A DNA stretch of 64,000 bases from an uncultured Candidatus Poseidoniales archaeon (GTDB lineage: Archaea > Thermoplasmatota > Poseidoniia > Poseidoniales > Poseidoniaceae): contig CAJJAV010000006.1 of assembly GCA_905182125.1 (NCBI GenBank), forward strand, positions 94,760 through 158,759, in the 5' to 3' direction. Under the pieces are notes generated by a model. That model had not been told where the DNA came from, did not search any database, and was given only the letters and a program-made list of their open reading frames with translations. A program made the position numbers and the translations under genes. How positions within the stretch are numbered: the first letter of the stretch is position 1; each line of letters starts with the position of its first letter. Below, piece after piece: positions 54,992-64,000 of this stretch.

Positions 54992-57303
54992 CTTTCGCTT
55001 TCTTCCGGCGACGGTTTGTCCTCGCTTTCCTCTGATCCTGAACTGCCTTCGGTTGAATCTTCAGGTGTCTCGGCGCAAAAGTAGCACTGCTCTTCATAGG
55101 TAAGGGCGAGAGAGGTTGCTTCTTCCATCGTCGTTAAGTTGGTAACAGTCACGCCTTGTGCCGAAACTGCATAGATAAAATCACCCATAAAGATTGAACG
55201 GCGGATGTTGTAATCCCCGCCGAAAGAACTGCTTTCTTGGGTGTTGTAGAATGTGGAGTGGTTGACTGTGCCGTGAATTGACAAGTTTCCGTTCTCCTCT
55301 GAGACATTGACAATCACAAGTTTACTGACGTATTGGTAGGAGTAGGAATAGCGTCCGTTTTGATCGTATGAACTGTCGTACCTGTAGGTTGAAAGGGGAA
55401 CTGCAAGCAACCCTTTCGGCGCCCAGTATTGGAAGGCCTTGTGCTCGTATGAGGCTTCGGAATACGACCAGGTCCATCCTGAATTTGCCGGGTCGGCTAC
55501 CGGCGTCAGTGAAAGAACGTCCTCAACTGCCGGTGCGGCCGGGTTGCTGATGTTGAACAGCGACAAGCGAGTGTTCGACCAGTCGAGTCCCAAGCCATCG
55601 ATACCGGGCCCCATGCCAATGGTGAGCAGGTGGTCGCGAGAGAGTGGGTGGATGTAGGTGGAGACGCCGGGAATCTCAAGTTCGCCGAGAATGGTCGGGT
55701 TGGTTTCATCCGACATATCAATCACCCACAGCGGGTCGATTTGGCGGAAGGTCACAAGATAGCACCGGTCACCATCAAAGCGCGCACTCCAAATTCGCTC
55801 TTCTGGAGCGATGTTATCGACGCGTCCAACTTCAACCAACACTTGTTGATCGGTTTCGTCATCGACCCCGCGTACAAAGGTCACGACGCTCGAGCTCATT
55901 GGCTCTGGATCCTCCATCCACCAGCGAGCCCATTGGCCAGAAGTTGCAGCTATCCGAAGCACGCCAAGGTGTTCGGAGATGGAGAATTGGTTGAGAACGG
56001 TTCCGTTCACCCGCCCCGATCCAGTGTAGACTGTGTCTCCTGGATTCGAAATATCAAAAGTGTGGATATTTGTAGATTCATCCATGTTATCGTTGCCCCA
56101 GAACCACCACCAATCCCAAGCGCTTTCTGTCAGCACCAATACGTCCGCTGAAGCGTAGACCATGGGGTAATTACCAACGATGTGATCGGCTTGAAAACCA
56201 AAGTTTTCATCAGCCAAATCAAAGGTGAAAATACTGTTAAAACCGCGGTTCAGCCCATCGCTTGGAGCAACAAAGTCGGCACACGCATCGTCGTCCATCG
56301 TGTGCACCGTCAACGCGCCGTTGACGCGTTCGTACACCTTCGGAAGAATATCAGAAAGTGCGAGAGCCGAGATGGTCAATTGATTGTCGAGAATGGTTTG
56401 ATAGCCCACCTTTTCACGAACTTCGAGGCGCAAGGGATCTTCATAATCTAAGTCCCAGTACCCTGCTGGGAAGTCAAGCCATGTTTGAATCCCGGGAATG
56501 TTCATCCAAGCGTGTGTGACGGTTCGAACCGTTCCATTGACCTCGCGTGCAGTCATGTAACTGCCCTCTAAGAAAAGTTCCTTTTCTATGGCTGGTGCTG
56601 AGCGATTGGATGCGTCGAGAACCGTGAACTTGGTCAAGGAACTGGAGCGCCATATTCCAGGTGCATCGTCCCAACCGAGTTCTGTTGTGAGTGGGTCATT
56701 TTGTCCAAGGGTCCATGTTGAAACCGAGGAAATGACAACAAGGCGATCGCCATCAAGCATCATCGAAGTGGGGCTCCCCTGGATTGGGGTGGTGGAGAGA
56801 AGAATCAATTCACCAAATTCTGGGATGCCGAAAATAACTAAATTTTTGCCATTGAGGAAGTAGATGTTGTGCCCATCTGTCTTGACAAAATCCGCTTCAT
56901 CGACGCCTTGCTCTTGGTTGTTGGTGCCGGAATAATCGGTTCCTTCGGTTCGTCTTGTTTGGGGGGCTGATGTGGTCCCTGTTGCTGCGGCATCGTCCAT
57001 AGCCATTTCCGCGCCCATGTCGCCTTCCAGCCACATGCTGCCATAGGTGTATTGTTCCTCAATTGCTTGCAGGATTTGGGTTTTGGCTTCTTCTTCAAGA
57101 GAGAGTTTGAGGGCGGTTTCGAGTTCATCACAATCAGAAAACTGACTCAGTTGAGGGCTTGAAACCGTGCGTGCCACCGTGACCCCCCAATCATCTGGAA
57201 GTTCAATGCCTGGAACTTCGACCGCTGGGTCAACGGCTCCTAAGCAACCTGAAAATAAAAACAGAGACACCAAGGAAATGGCAAGGGCTTTGTGCTCATT
57301 CAT
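54988..57303 (-). CDS. Secreted beta-propeller-domain protein (PF09826-like), lipobox-like signal
   Basis: The ORF track starts at TTG 57321. ATG 57303 gives MNEHKALAISLVSLFLFSGC, which is lipobox-like (FSGC). GTNNQEQGVDEADFVKTDGHNIYFL matches the conserved VDEAD.VKTDG block of the Beta_propel family. The protein has an acidic C-terminal tail. Confidence 0.8.
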   Translation of the reverse strand: MNEHKALAISLVSLFLFSGCLGAVDPAVEVPGIELPDDWGVTVARTVSSPQLSQFSDCDELETALKLSLEEEAKTQILQAIEEQYTYGSMWLEGDMGAEMAMDDAAATGTTSAPQTRRTEGTDYSGTNNQEQGVDEADFVKTDGHNIYFLNGKNLVIFGIPEFGELILLSTTPIQGSPTSMMLDGDRLVVISSVSTWTLGQNDPLTTELGWDDAPGIWRSSSLTKFTVLDASNRSAPAIEKELFLEGSYMTAREVNGTVRTVTHAWMNIPGIQTWLDFPAGYWDLDYEDPLRLEVREKVGYQTILDNQLTISALALSDILPKVYERVNGALTVHTMDDDACADFVAPSDGLNRGFNSIFTFDLADENFGFQADHIVGNYPMVYASADVLVLTESAWDWWWFWGNDNMDESTNIHTFDISNPGDTVYTGSGRVNGTVLNQFSISEHLGVLRIAATSGQWARWWMEDPEPMSSSVVTFVRGVDDETDQQVLVEVGRVDNIAPEERIWSARFDGDRCYLVTFRQIDPLWVIDMSDETNPTILGELEIPGVSTYIHPLSRDHLLTIGMGPGIDGLGLDWSNTRLSLFNISNPAAPAVEDVLSLTPVADPANSGWTWSYSEASYEHKAFQYWAPKGLLAVPLSTYRYDSSYDQNGRYSYSYQYVSKLVIVNVSEENGNLSIHGTVNHSTFYNTQESSSFGGDYNIRRSIFMGDFIYAVSAQGVTVTNLTTMEEATSLALTYEEQCYFCAETPEDSTEGSSGSEESEDKPSPEESER

Positions 57304-57325
57304 GGCACCACTACGGTGCAAGTGG

Positions 57326-58180
57326 CTATGAATGAATTGGTAAAGCGTTTTTACTTTCTTGAACGTTTGTACCCCGTGTGAGAACTTCAGAGCCTTGCGG
57401 GGTGAGTCGCCACGGAGATCGCTTCTTTGGGAGGGTCTTTTCCACGAAAGAATCCTGATTTAGTTGTTTCATATGATATGAGAGAAGTTGCCTTGAAAGT
57501 TCAAGATGTTTTGCAACTTCTCCATTGGAAAGGCCAAGCTGGCCAGCATCCGACAGTGTTTGGAGTATGGCGAGACGCGTCCCTATGAGTGGGTGGGTAA
57601 CTGCGTTTCTCTGTTCTATTGAGACATGAGAGGCTGCGTACCTCCTCAGTTTTCCATCTCTCCAAGAAATGATTTTCCCTTGTGTTTCCAGCGATTGTAG
57701 GTGGTGGGCTGTCACGCCGTTCGCAAGATGTAAGGCGTCGCGAAGAGCCGAGAAATGAATCCCTGCATTGCCTTCAATAAATCCAAGAAGACGGCCCTTA
57801 TTCAATTCATCATTTTTTGATTTTTTAGTGAGGAGGGGGGTGAGAAGGGCCATGCATACGGCGATTTTAACAACTTCAAACACACCGGAACCGAACAATA
57901 TGAGGGCAAACATCCCGCCACCTGCACCAATAAAAAGAGGACCGTTTTGGCTTGTCCCCTTGTTCTCGAGGGGCGCCTCCGCGCCCTGGTCGGGCTCCTC
58001 GTCAACATTCGCAAAAGTGGCGTCCTCTGTGTCGTCCGTGTCTTCTAACGGACCTACGCGTTCATCGGCAGTTTCCGGATTTTGAATCGCCAGCGCCTCT
58101 TCGTTCAACGATACAATCCCGAACAGGATTGAGCCGAGGGCTGCGATGAGGAGAAGACGGATCAACCAACTCCCATGCAT
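57326..58180 (-). CDS. Membrane-anchored protein with two winged-helix (ArsR-like) DNA-binding domains
   Basis: 284 aa. The order is an N-terminal TM helix, an acidic linker, two hydrophobic helices, then GIHFSALRDALHLANGVTAHHLQSLETQGKI and RLAILQTLSDAGQLGLSNGEVAKHLELSRQLLSYHMKQL. It lies 4 bp upstream of the beta-propeller gene. Confidence 0.7.
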   Translation of the reverse strand: MHGSWLIRLLLIAALGSILFGIVSLNEEALAIQNPETADERVGPLEDTDDTEDATFANVDEEPDQGAEAPLENKGTSQNGPLFIGAGGGMFALILFGSGVFEVVKIAVCMALLTPLLTKKSKNDELNKGRLLGFIEGNAGIHFSALRDALHLANGVTAHHLQSLETQGKIISWRDGKLRRYAASHVSIEQRNAVTHPLIGTRLAILQTLSDAGQLGLSNGEVAKHLELSRQLLSYHMKQLNQDSFVEKTLPKKRSPWRLTPQGSEVLTRGTNVQESKNALPIHS

Positions 58181-58327
58181 GCTCTGACATAGAACTGGGG
58201 GTTTTCAACAACTTGGTTCAATGATTTGACAAATCAAATGAATTTGAATGGGTGTCATTCGGTGAGACTAAGGCGGGTCACGGATTGGCAAGAAATGTAC
58301 TGCGGGGCCAACCATATGAGAGAATAC

Positions 58328-58891
58328 ATGGAAATCGAACGCCGGTTTTTCGTAAATGGGCATGGTGAAAAACCATGGAGGGAAGGGCTCGGTTCCACCT
58401 CGATACGGCAATTCTACCTGCGGAAAGATCACTTGCTTTTGGTCGATTCGGCATTGGTGTACGGTGGTTCCGTCGTTGTCCAACTCGATGCTGCACAAAA
58501 AATAATTTTCAAATCTGAAGAGAGCTGGACGGTTCGAGTTCGGTATCGCAACAATCGAACCACTTTCACGCTCAAGGGTAAACGGCAGCAAGCAAGCGCC
58601 CGTGAGATGGAGTGGGTCATTGAGCGCAACGTCGGTGAGGCGCTTGTTTCCACCGAAGATTGCCCGCGTGTCGAGAAGACAAGATACGAATGGCGGGGCC
58701 CAGATGGCATGCTTTGGGAAATCGATGAGTTCGCGGAGGGTTTGCTTGGCCTTGTGCTTGCCGAAGTTGAATTGCAAGAGAGTGGGCAGCCTGTAGAGAT
58801 TCCGGAATGGATTGGGCTTGAACTCACAGGGAATCATGCTTGGTCGAACTCGAATTTGGCGTACAGGCCAAGCCAACTCATTCGGGATTAA
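58328..58891 (+). CDS. CYTH-domain protein (CyaB/ThTPase-like triphosphate tunnel metalloenzyme)
   Basis: The ORF track starts at 58226. ATG 58328 gives MEIERRFFV, placing the ExExK-type motif at the N-terminus as is usual. It also has VRVRYRNNRTTFTLKGK, VEKTRYEW, WEIDEF...GLVLAEVEL and GNHAWSNSNLA. Confidence 0.75.
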   Translation: MEIERRFFVNGHGEKPWREGLGSTSIRQFYLRKDHLLLVDSALVYGGSVVVQLDAAQKIIFKSEESWTVRVRYRNNRTTFTLKGKRQQASAREMEWVIERNVGEALVSTEDCPRVEKTRYEWRGPDGMLWEIDEFAEGLLGLVLAEVELQESGQPVEIPEWIGLELTGNHAWSNSNLAYRPSQLIRD

Positions 58892-59984
58892 ATGAAACCA
58901 GTGCTGCGAGCACCCGGGTAATTTCCGCCTCGGTTAATTCGTGCATGATTGGAATTGCTACCAAACAAGAACCAAGTTCAGCCGTGACTGGTAGAGTCTG
59001 GTGGTGTTGGGGGTGGTTGGCAAACACACCTTGCTGGTGGATTGGAAGAGAATAATACTGGCGTGCATCGATTTGAAGGGCGTCCAAATGCGTTTTGAAA
59101 GCGGCTGCGTGTTCAGTTCGCACACAATATTGGTGCCATGCGTGTTCAGCGCCAGGGCGGGTTGCTGGGGCTTTCAGATACGGTTGGTTTTGCAGAGCGG
59201 TTGTGTATCGGGAAGCGGTGTGGCGCCTGCGCTCTACCCAGCGATCGAGGTGCTTGAGTTGTTCGAGGCCAATGGCTGCAGCAACCTCTGACATTCGCAT
59301 GTTGCTGCCAAGTTCCATGGCATGCAATTCCGGACTGCGGCCATGGTTGATGATGCCGTTTAATTTGGCGCCGTAGGCGTCGTTGATGGTGGTGAGCATC
59401 CCTCCTTCTCCACCGACAGCCATGTTTTTTGAAGGGTAAAAGGAGAAGCAAGCAATGTCGCCCATAGATCCGGCTGCTTTCTTTGAACCATCCTCAAAAC
59501 TTTGACTTGCCCCGTGTGCTTGTGCGGCGTCTTCGATCAAAACGAGTCCATTGATTTCACAGATTTCAACGATCTTGGGGTCGTATGGGTGGCCGTAGAG
59601 ATGGACGCCAATCACACCTTTTGTCGCAGGTGTGATGGCATTTTGAACCGCGTTCACATCGAGGCAGAAGTAATCTGGCTCAACATCGACAAACACCGGG
59701 GTGGCGCCGACCAGCAGAATGCAGGTGGCTGTGGAGATGAACGTGTAGGAAGGAACGATCACCTCGTCGCCCGGCCCGATGTTGGCGATTCGAAGGGCCG
59801 CCCAGAGGGCAGAAGATCCGTTTTGGCACGGTGTTGCGCTGAGTGCTCCACAGTGATCTGCAAACGCAAGACCGAAGGCTTTGCCCCGCGAGCCTTTGAC
59901 CCACTGTTTCGAATCCAAGACAGCGAGGGCTGCGTTCCGCATCGCCTCGTTCCATGACGGTCGGCCTGTCGGGATTCGGTCCAT
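58878..59984 (-). CDS. DegT/DnrJ/EryC1/StrS-family PLP-dependent sugar aminotransferase
   Basis: The ORF track extends to 60050, and ATG 59984 gives MDRIPTGRPSW. It contains GDIACFSFYPSKNMAVGGEGG (PLP lysine) and WHQYCVR. Confidence 0.9.
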   Translation of the reverse strand: MDRIPTGRPSWNEAMRNAALAVLDSKQWVKGSRGKAFGLAFADHCGALSATPCQNGSSALWAALRIANIGPGDEVIVPSYTFISTATCILLVGATPVFVDVEPDYFCLDVNAVQNAITPATKGVIGVHLYGHPYDPKIVEICEINGLVLIEDAAQAHGASQSFEDGSKKAAGSMGDIACFSFYPSKNMAVGGEGGMLTTINDAYGAKLNGIINHGRSPELHAMELGSNMRMSEVAAAIGLEQLKHLDRWVERRRHTASRYTTALQNQPYLKAPATRPGAEHAWHQYCVRTEHAAAFKTHLDALQIDARQYYSLPIHQQGVFANHPQHHQTLPVTAELGSCLVAIPIMHELTEAEITRVLAALVSFNPE

Positions 59985-60075
59985 ACCACGGCGAATTCCC
60001 CGACCCCCTTGAGTCTGCTTCTCACCCCACCTGATTGTCGCGGTCTTCAAGACCCCCTCCGTCCTTCGCCTCGTT

Positions 60076-62526
60076 ATGGTGTCTGAAGAGGAGGGTTTCT
60101 CGACGGAGACCCACTCGGCTGATGAACCAAGTTTGGCTTCCCTTGTGGATGAAATTCTTTCTCCTGATGTGTTGTCTGAGGCGCCCCCCGTCGATCAAAA
60201 AAGTGAAAAGAAAAAGCACTACAAACCAAAGGGCATGTACTTGGGAACACGGCGTGATACTGGTGAGCCAATTGATATTCAATCGATGGTTTTAGCCCGC
60301 CACGCCGCCATGCTCGGTTCAACCGGTTCCGGAAAGACAGTGATGGCGAAGGCCTTGATTGAGGAAGCTGCTCTGGCAAAAATTCCATCACTCATCATTG
60401 ACCCTCAAGGCGATCTGGCTCGTCTTGCACTGGGCATTGACCCTGCTGCGTTAGAGGCGGAGGGTGGCGATGTCGCCAGAGCAAAGAAACTCATGGACAT
60501 GTGTGAGGTCCGAATTTGGACGCCTTTGCGTTCCAAGGGATTGCCGCTTTGCATCGACCCTTTTCGAACCCCTCCTTCAAATTTAGATGCTGAAGAAGCA
60601 ATTACTGCGTGGGACATGGTAGCGGCTGGTTTCACGAGTTTGGCTGGTTACGATGTTGAAAAGTCACAGGGGAAGATCGTCAAACCCTTCCTCTATGAAA
60701 TTCTTGTCGAGGGAACAAAGCATGGTTTGGACGTCAGTGATTTTCAAGCCCTGGCGCGCGTGGTTCGGGATCCAAATCAAGAATTTACCCGCAAATTGTA
60801 TCCGGAGTGTTTCTATGATGTCGAAGAGGGTGAAGAAAAACCTGAAGTCCCCACTTGGGACCAAGTGATGATGGAACACCGCCTCACGGATTTCGAGGAG
60901 CGGTTGCCGAAAACAACACGCAATGACTTGGCAAGAAGGCTTTCAGCATACTCTTCTGGTGTCAATCAATTGTTGTTTTCAAACGGTGTCCCAATCGATA
61001 TTGATTCCTTTGTCACACCGGCCATTCCAGGGAAAATCCCGCTTAACATTGTCTATCTTAACACCATTCAGGATGAAGCACAAAAGCAATATTTCGTCCA
61101 AGAACTGTCCCGGGAGTTGTACGACTGGATGTTGACCCAGCAACCTGCAGAAGGGGAAATAAAACTCCTCTTCTTCATGGACGAAGTGGCACCTTACCTC
61201 CCCCCACATCCACGAAACCCTCCGGCAAAAGACCTCATTAAACTCATTTTCAAACAAGCGAGGAAATATGGGGTAGCGTGCGTTCTCGCAACTCAGAACG
61301 TCAGCGATGTAGATTACAAAATCTTGGCGCAGGCAAACACCACATTCATCGGGCGTTTCACACAGCCCCAAGACGTTGAAAAGGTTCGACATTTGCTGAA
61401 AGAGAGCGGTGGTGATCAGGACCTCGTAGCTCAACTTCCAACCTTGGGACCCGGACAATTCCAAATGGTCGCGCCTGACGTCGACCCTGCCCCTGTTCCA
61501 ATTCAATGCCGTTGGCTCTACACAGACCACGGCGCTCCGCTCAATGAAGATCAAGTCGAGTCCATCACCTCAGAAGAAATTCGTGCTTGGGCCAAGACTC
61601 GGTCATCTGGCAGCAGTAAAAGCCGTGGGGCTGAAGCAGCCCATGCTGCAAGCCGGGGTTCTTCTTGGAACAGTGGAGGTTTGGATGAGGAGTGGGCCCA
61701 AGGTGAGGCCCAATCCATTGTCGGAAATGCCCGAATCAAAGCGGTCGGTGGCATGACGGCTGCCGCACACGGACTCGTCGATGATTCTGCATTTGAAACT
61801 CGGCTTATGGGGGGTTTTGCGGTCCTCAAAGACGGTCGGGATCCACTTTACACCATGCAGGCTGCAGCGAATGTCGCCTCTGTTGTCGCTCTTGTTTGGA
61901 CGATGGTGGCGCTGATGTTTGCCTGGCGCGATGGAGATTTAGATTGGTGGTGGTTGTTGATCAGCGTCGGTTTGTCCGGCACAACTGCGATGGTCATCGC
62001 CTTGGAAATGCTGCTCTCCCATGATGCTGAACTGTTGCACCGGATCACGCGATTTGCTCGAGTGTTTCAGTTGGTTCTCGTTTCGTGGCTGTGGGGCTTG
62101 CTTCTCTGGTCGACCCAGGGTTCACTGAACCTCAGGGGCGCTGAACCGTTTCTCGAAGTTGTTGTGGTGTGGGTCACCATGTTTACGATGGTCGAAATAG
62201 CCAGCCGTTTTCGTTTGGGTCGCCTTCGCTGGAATGGCGGGACGGCCCTTGACAAGTTACGCGGCGTCACCGCTGTTCTTACCGAAGTTGAAATCACTGA
62301 AATGAAAGCGAATTCGACCCAAATCATGTCAAGTGTGCGCTGGGGCTTGCACGGATTCACGTTGGTTTGGCTCTGTGTCTTGCTTGCCTTTGGGCAAGGT
62401 TTGCTTCCTGATTCGATGAGCATTGAAGGTTGGGGCCGCCCAACGTTGTGGCTGGCTGCCGTGTACGCACTGATGTTTGGCAGTGAGTCGTGGTTGCGCA
62501 TGCGAGGCAGAATGCCAAACGCTTAG
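60076..62526 (+). CDS. HerA/FtsK-superfamily (DUF87/DUF853-like) P-loop ATPase fused to a C-terminal polytopic membrane domain
   Basis: 816 aa. Walker A is GSTGSGKT (60316-60339), followed by IIDPQGDL, and Walker B is LLFFMDEVAPYLP. The last 228 aa (61840-62523) contain about 6 hydrophobic helices. Confidence 0.8.
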   Translation: MVSEEEGFSTETHSADEPSLASLVDEILSPDVLSEAPPVDQKSEKKKHYKPKGMYLGTRRDTGEPIDIQSMVLARHAAMLGSTGSGKTVMAKALIEEAALAKIPSLIIDPQGDLARLALGIDPAALEAEGGDVARAKKLMDMCEVRIWTPLRSKGLPLCIDPFRTPPSNLDAEEAITAWDMVAAGFTSLAGYDVEKSQGKIVKPFLYEILVEGTKHGLDVSDFQALARVVRDPNQEFTRKLYPECFYDVEEGEEKPEVPTWDQVMMEHRLTDFEERLPKTTRNDLARRLSAYSSGVNQLLFSNGVPIDIDSFVTPAIPGKIPLNIVYLNTIQDEAQKQYFVQELSRELYDWMLTQQPAEGEIKLLFFMDEVAPYLPPHPRNPPAKDLIKLIFKQARKYGVACVLATQNVSDVDYKILAQANTTFIGRFTQPQDVEKVRHLLKESGGDQDLVAQLPTLGPGQFQMVAPDVDPAPVPIQCRWLYTDHGAPLNEDQVESITSEEIRAWAKTRSSGSSKSRGAEAAHAASRGSSWNSGGLDEEWAQGEAQSIVGNARIKAVGGMTAAAHGLVDDSAFETRLMGGFAVLKDGRDPLYTMQAAANVASVVALVWTMVALMFAWRDGDLDWWWLLISVGLSGTTAMVIALEMLLSHDAELLHRITRFARVFQLVLVSWLWGLLLWSTQGSLNLRGAEPFLEVVVVWVTMFTMVEIASRFRLGRLRWNGGTALDKLRGVTAVLTEVEITEMKANSTQIMSSVRWGLHGFTLVWLCVLLAFGQGLLPDSMSIEGWGRPTLWLAAVYALMFGSESWLRMRGRMPNA

Positions 62527-62569
62527 CGCTCACGAAAAGCACTGATAGGCCCGCCCCGTATGGCGTTGT

Positions 62570-63259
62570 ATGGAAGATGCTACATTCATCGCACTCGACT
62601 GGACTGAACTGTCCCCTTCTGACATGCTCGCCAAGGGTGAAGCCGTCTATCTGGAAAACCAAGAGCGGCGCACGACGCGTCATTTTTCCACCCGTGCTGT
62701 TGAACGTCGTCTGATCGAATTGGCGATTCAATCTGCAGGGACAGCACCGAATGGGGCCCACCTCCAACCGTGGACCTGGGTCGCTGTTTCGAACCCTGTG
62801 CTGAAGCAAGAGATTCGAGTGGCTGCTGAAAAAGAAGAAGAACGAACATACCAGCAGCGTATGCCAGAGGCTTGGGCCGAGGTTCTTGCACCGCTTGGTA
62901 CAGACGCAGTCAAACGGCACCTCACAGATGCCCCTTGGATTGTTGTTTTGTTTAAACAAAAAAAGCGGACTCGGGCGAATGGTGCGTGGGGCCCGACATA
63001 CTATGCTACAGAATCATGCGGCATTGCCGCCGGTTTATTCATCAATGCAGTCCATCGAATGGGTTTGGTCACGCTGACCCACACCCCTTCACCGATGAAA
63101 TTTCTTGGAGAATTGTTGGGGAGGCCTGCTCATGAAGAGGCCATGCTCGTCATGCCGGTTGGTTATCCTGAACAAGGGGCAATGGTTCCAAACATTCATC
63201 GGAAATCGCTGGATGAAATCGCTGTTTTCTTCGAAGAGGAACTTCGTTTAGGGGAGTGA
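62570..63259 (+). CDS. Nitroreductase-family flavoprotein (iodotyrosine-deiodinase/BluB-like subgroup possible)
   Basis: 229 aa. RRTTRHFSTRAV...AGTAPNGAHLQPWTWVAV is the classic nitroreductase N-terminal pattern. Confidence 0.85.
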   Translation: MEDATFIALDWTELSPSDMLAKGEAVYLENQERRTTRHFSTRAVERRLIELAIQSAGTAPNGAHLQPWTWVAVSNPVLKQEIRVAAEKEEERTYQQRMPEAWAEVLAPLGTDAVKRHLTDAPWIVVLFKQKKRTRANGAWGPTYYATESCGIAAGLFINAVHRMGLVTLTHTPSPMKFLGELLGRPAHEEAMLVMPVGYPEQGAMVPNIHRKSLDEIAVFFEEELRLGE

Positions 63260-63309
63260 CGATGCCCTGTCGCGTCATTGATATACGCGCGGCATAAGGG
63301 ACGGCTGAA

Positions 63310-63393
63310 GCAGGGGTTGCCAAGCTTGGTCAACGGCGCTGGGATGAGGTCCCAGTCTCTATGAGTTCGCAGGTTCGAATCCTGCCCTCTGCA
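63310..63393 (+). tRNA. tRNA-Leu (anticodon GAG)
   Basis: The sequence is GCAGGGGTTGCCAAGCTTGGTCAACGGCGCTGGGATGAGGTCCCAGTCTCTATGAGTTCGCAGGTTCGAATCCTGCCCTCTGCA. The D stem is GCC/GGC, the anticodon stem is CTGGG/CCCAG with loop ATGAGGT, the long variable arm is CTC-TAT-GAG, and the T arm is GCAGG-TTCGAAT-CCTGC. Confidence 0.95.
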
Positions 63394-63541
63394 CTCTAAT
63401 GGTAAAAAAGGCAAAAAATATACTTTGCGTGGCCCGTTCTTGTTTTCTCGACTCCGCGCTATGGGTGCTCGGTCAAAAGCATCATTGTAAAAAATAAAAC
63501 CGGCTAAACCCTTATTCATCACCACCGGGGCTTCACAACAG

Positions 63542-64000
63542 ATGGATGAACATTGGGAAGGCGTGCCTGAACTCCCCCATTCCACATGTGTGGAGGAATG
63601 GGTTCGGGTTTCAGGGGGTGTTTCTTTGCGCGTGCTGCTCTGGAAGCCGGCCGATGAATCTCTGAAGGGCATCGAACCCGTTGTCGTGGTCCCGGGGTGG
63701 GGCTCGGTGTTTGAGGGTTGGAGGCCTTTGATCACAGAATGGGTCACTCGAAGGCCGATTATTTACATTGAAACAAGGGAAAAGGCAAGCGCCGTATTTG
63801 ACAATCCGAAGCTGTCTGTTCAGGACTTTACAATCGATAAATTCTCGAATGATCTCGTGGAAGTCATCGGATTTTACAAACTTGCCAGCGGGTATGATCT
63901 GTTTTCTTCATCACTCGGATCGACAATCCTCATCGATGCATTACAACACAACATCATCGAACCGAGGAGTTCGGTTTTTGTCGCTCCAAATCAAAATTTC
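63542..64000 (+). CDS. Alpha/beta-hydrolase-fold protein (5' partial, runs off the window)
   Basis: My hand translation from ATG 63542 stays open to the window end. It reads MDEHWEGVPELPHS...VVVVPGWGSVFEGWRPL...LFSSSLGSTILIDAL, with an SxSxG nucleophile-elbow-like motif. It is not in the ORF track because no stop falls inside the window. Confidence 0.6.
   Translation, partial: MDEHWEGVPELPHSTCVEEWVRVSGGVSLRVLLWKPADESLKGIEPVVVVPGWGSVFEGWRPLITEWVTRRPIIYIETREKASAVFDNPKLSVQDFTIDKFSNDLVEVIGFYKLASGYDLFSSSLGSTILIDALQHNIIEPRSSVFVAPNQNF

Noticed and set aside
58268-63747. Antisense ORFs 58268..58876, 60979..61554, 62357..62959 and 63196..63747 (183-202 aa).
   Set aside because: Each lies opposite a gene with strong family motifs (CYTH, HerA-like ATPase, nitroreductase, alpha/beta hydrolase) and one overlaps tRNA-Leu. 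None has a motif of its own.

Overview
This is a gene-dense archaeal chromosomal segment, with hand-counted GC of about 52-55% on sampled lines. Archaeal identity is supported by an eL18-uL13-uS9-Rpo10(RpoN) operon, an archaeal DnaG primase, a group II chaperonin (thermosome) and archaeal-type tRNAs. Bacterial-type genes sit beside them, including an NAD+-dependent ligase LigA, PurN and PurH. Gene content resembles planktonic euryarchaea such as Marine Group II relatives, but that is inference only. I support about 48 CDS, 3 tRNAs (Pro-GGG, Cys-GCA, Leu-GAG), one frameshifted gene, coding microsatellites, one intrinsic-terminator-like hairpin and several repeated or palindromic intergenic motifs. 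About 74% of the first 23 kb encodes four very large secreted or membrane-anchored proteins of 845, 1565, 2699 and about 573 aa, rich in DxDxDG (thrombospondin-type-3-like) Ca-binding repeats, beta-helix and Ig-like modules. Positions 44.5-58.2 kb hold an uninterrupted run of 12 minus-strand genes. I found no CRISPR array, transposase, integrase, reverse transcriptase or recognisable defence system. The best candidates for undescribed biology are these. (1) A low-GC 3.6-kb cassette (32.3-35.9 kb) carries a membrane-tethered tandem RHH-RDD protein, a 20-bp perfect inverted repeat and recurrent CAAAGGGT boxes. (2) Three family-less genes lie between a KH-domain ATPase and a divergent thermosome (46.5-53.6 kb). 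(3) A HerA/FtsK-like ATPase is fused to a C-terminal polytopic membrane domain (60.1-62.5 kb). (4) The LigA ends in a PIP-box-like tail. All family assignments come from motif recognition by eye, not from database searches.
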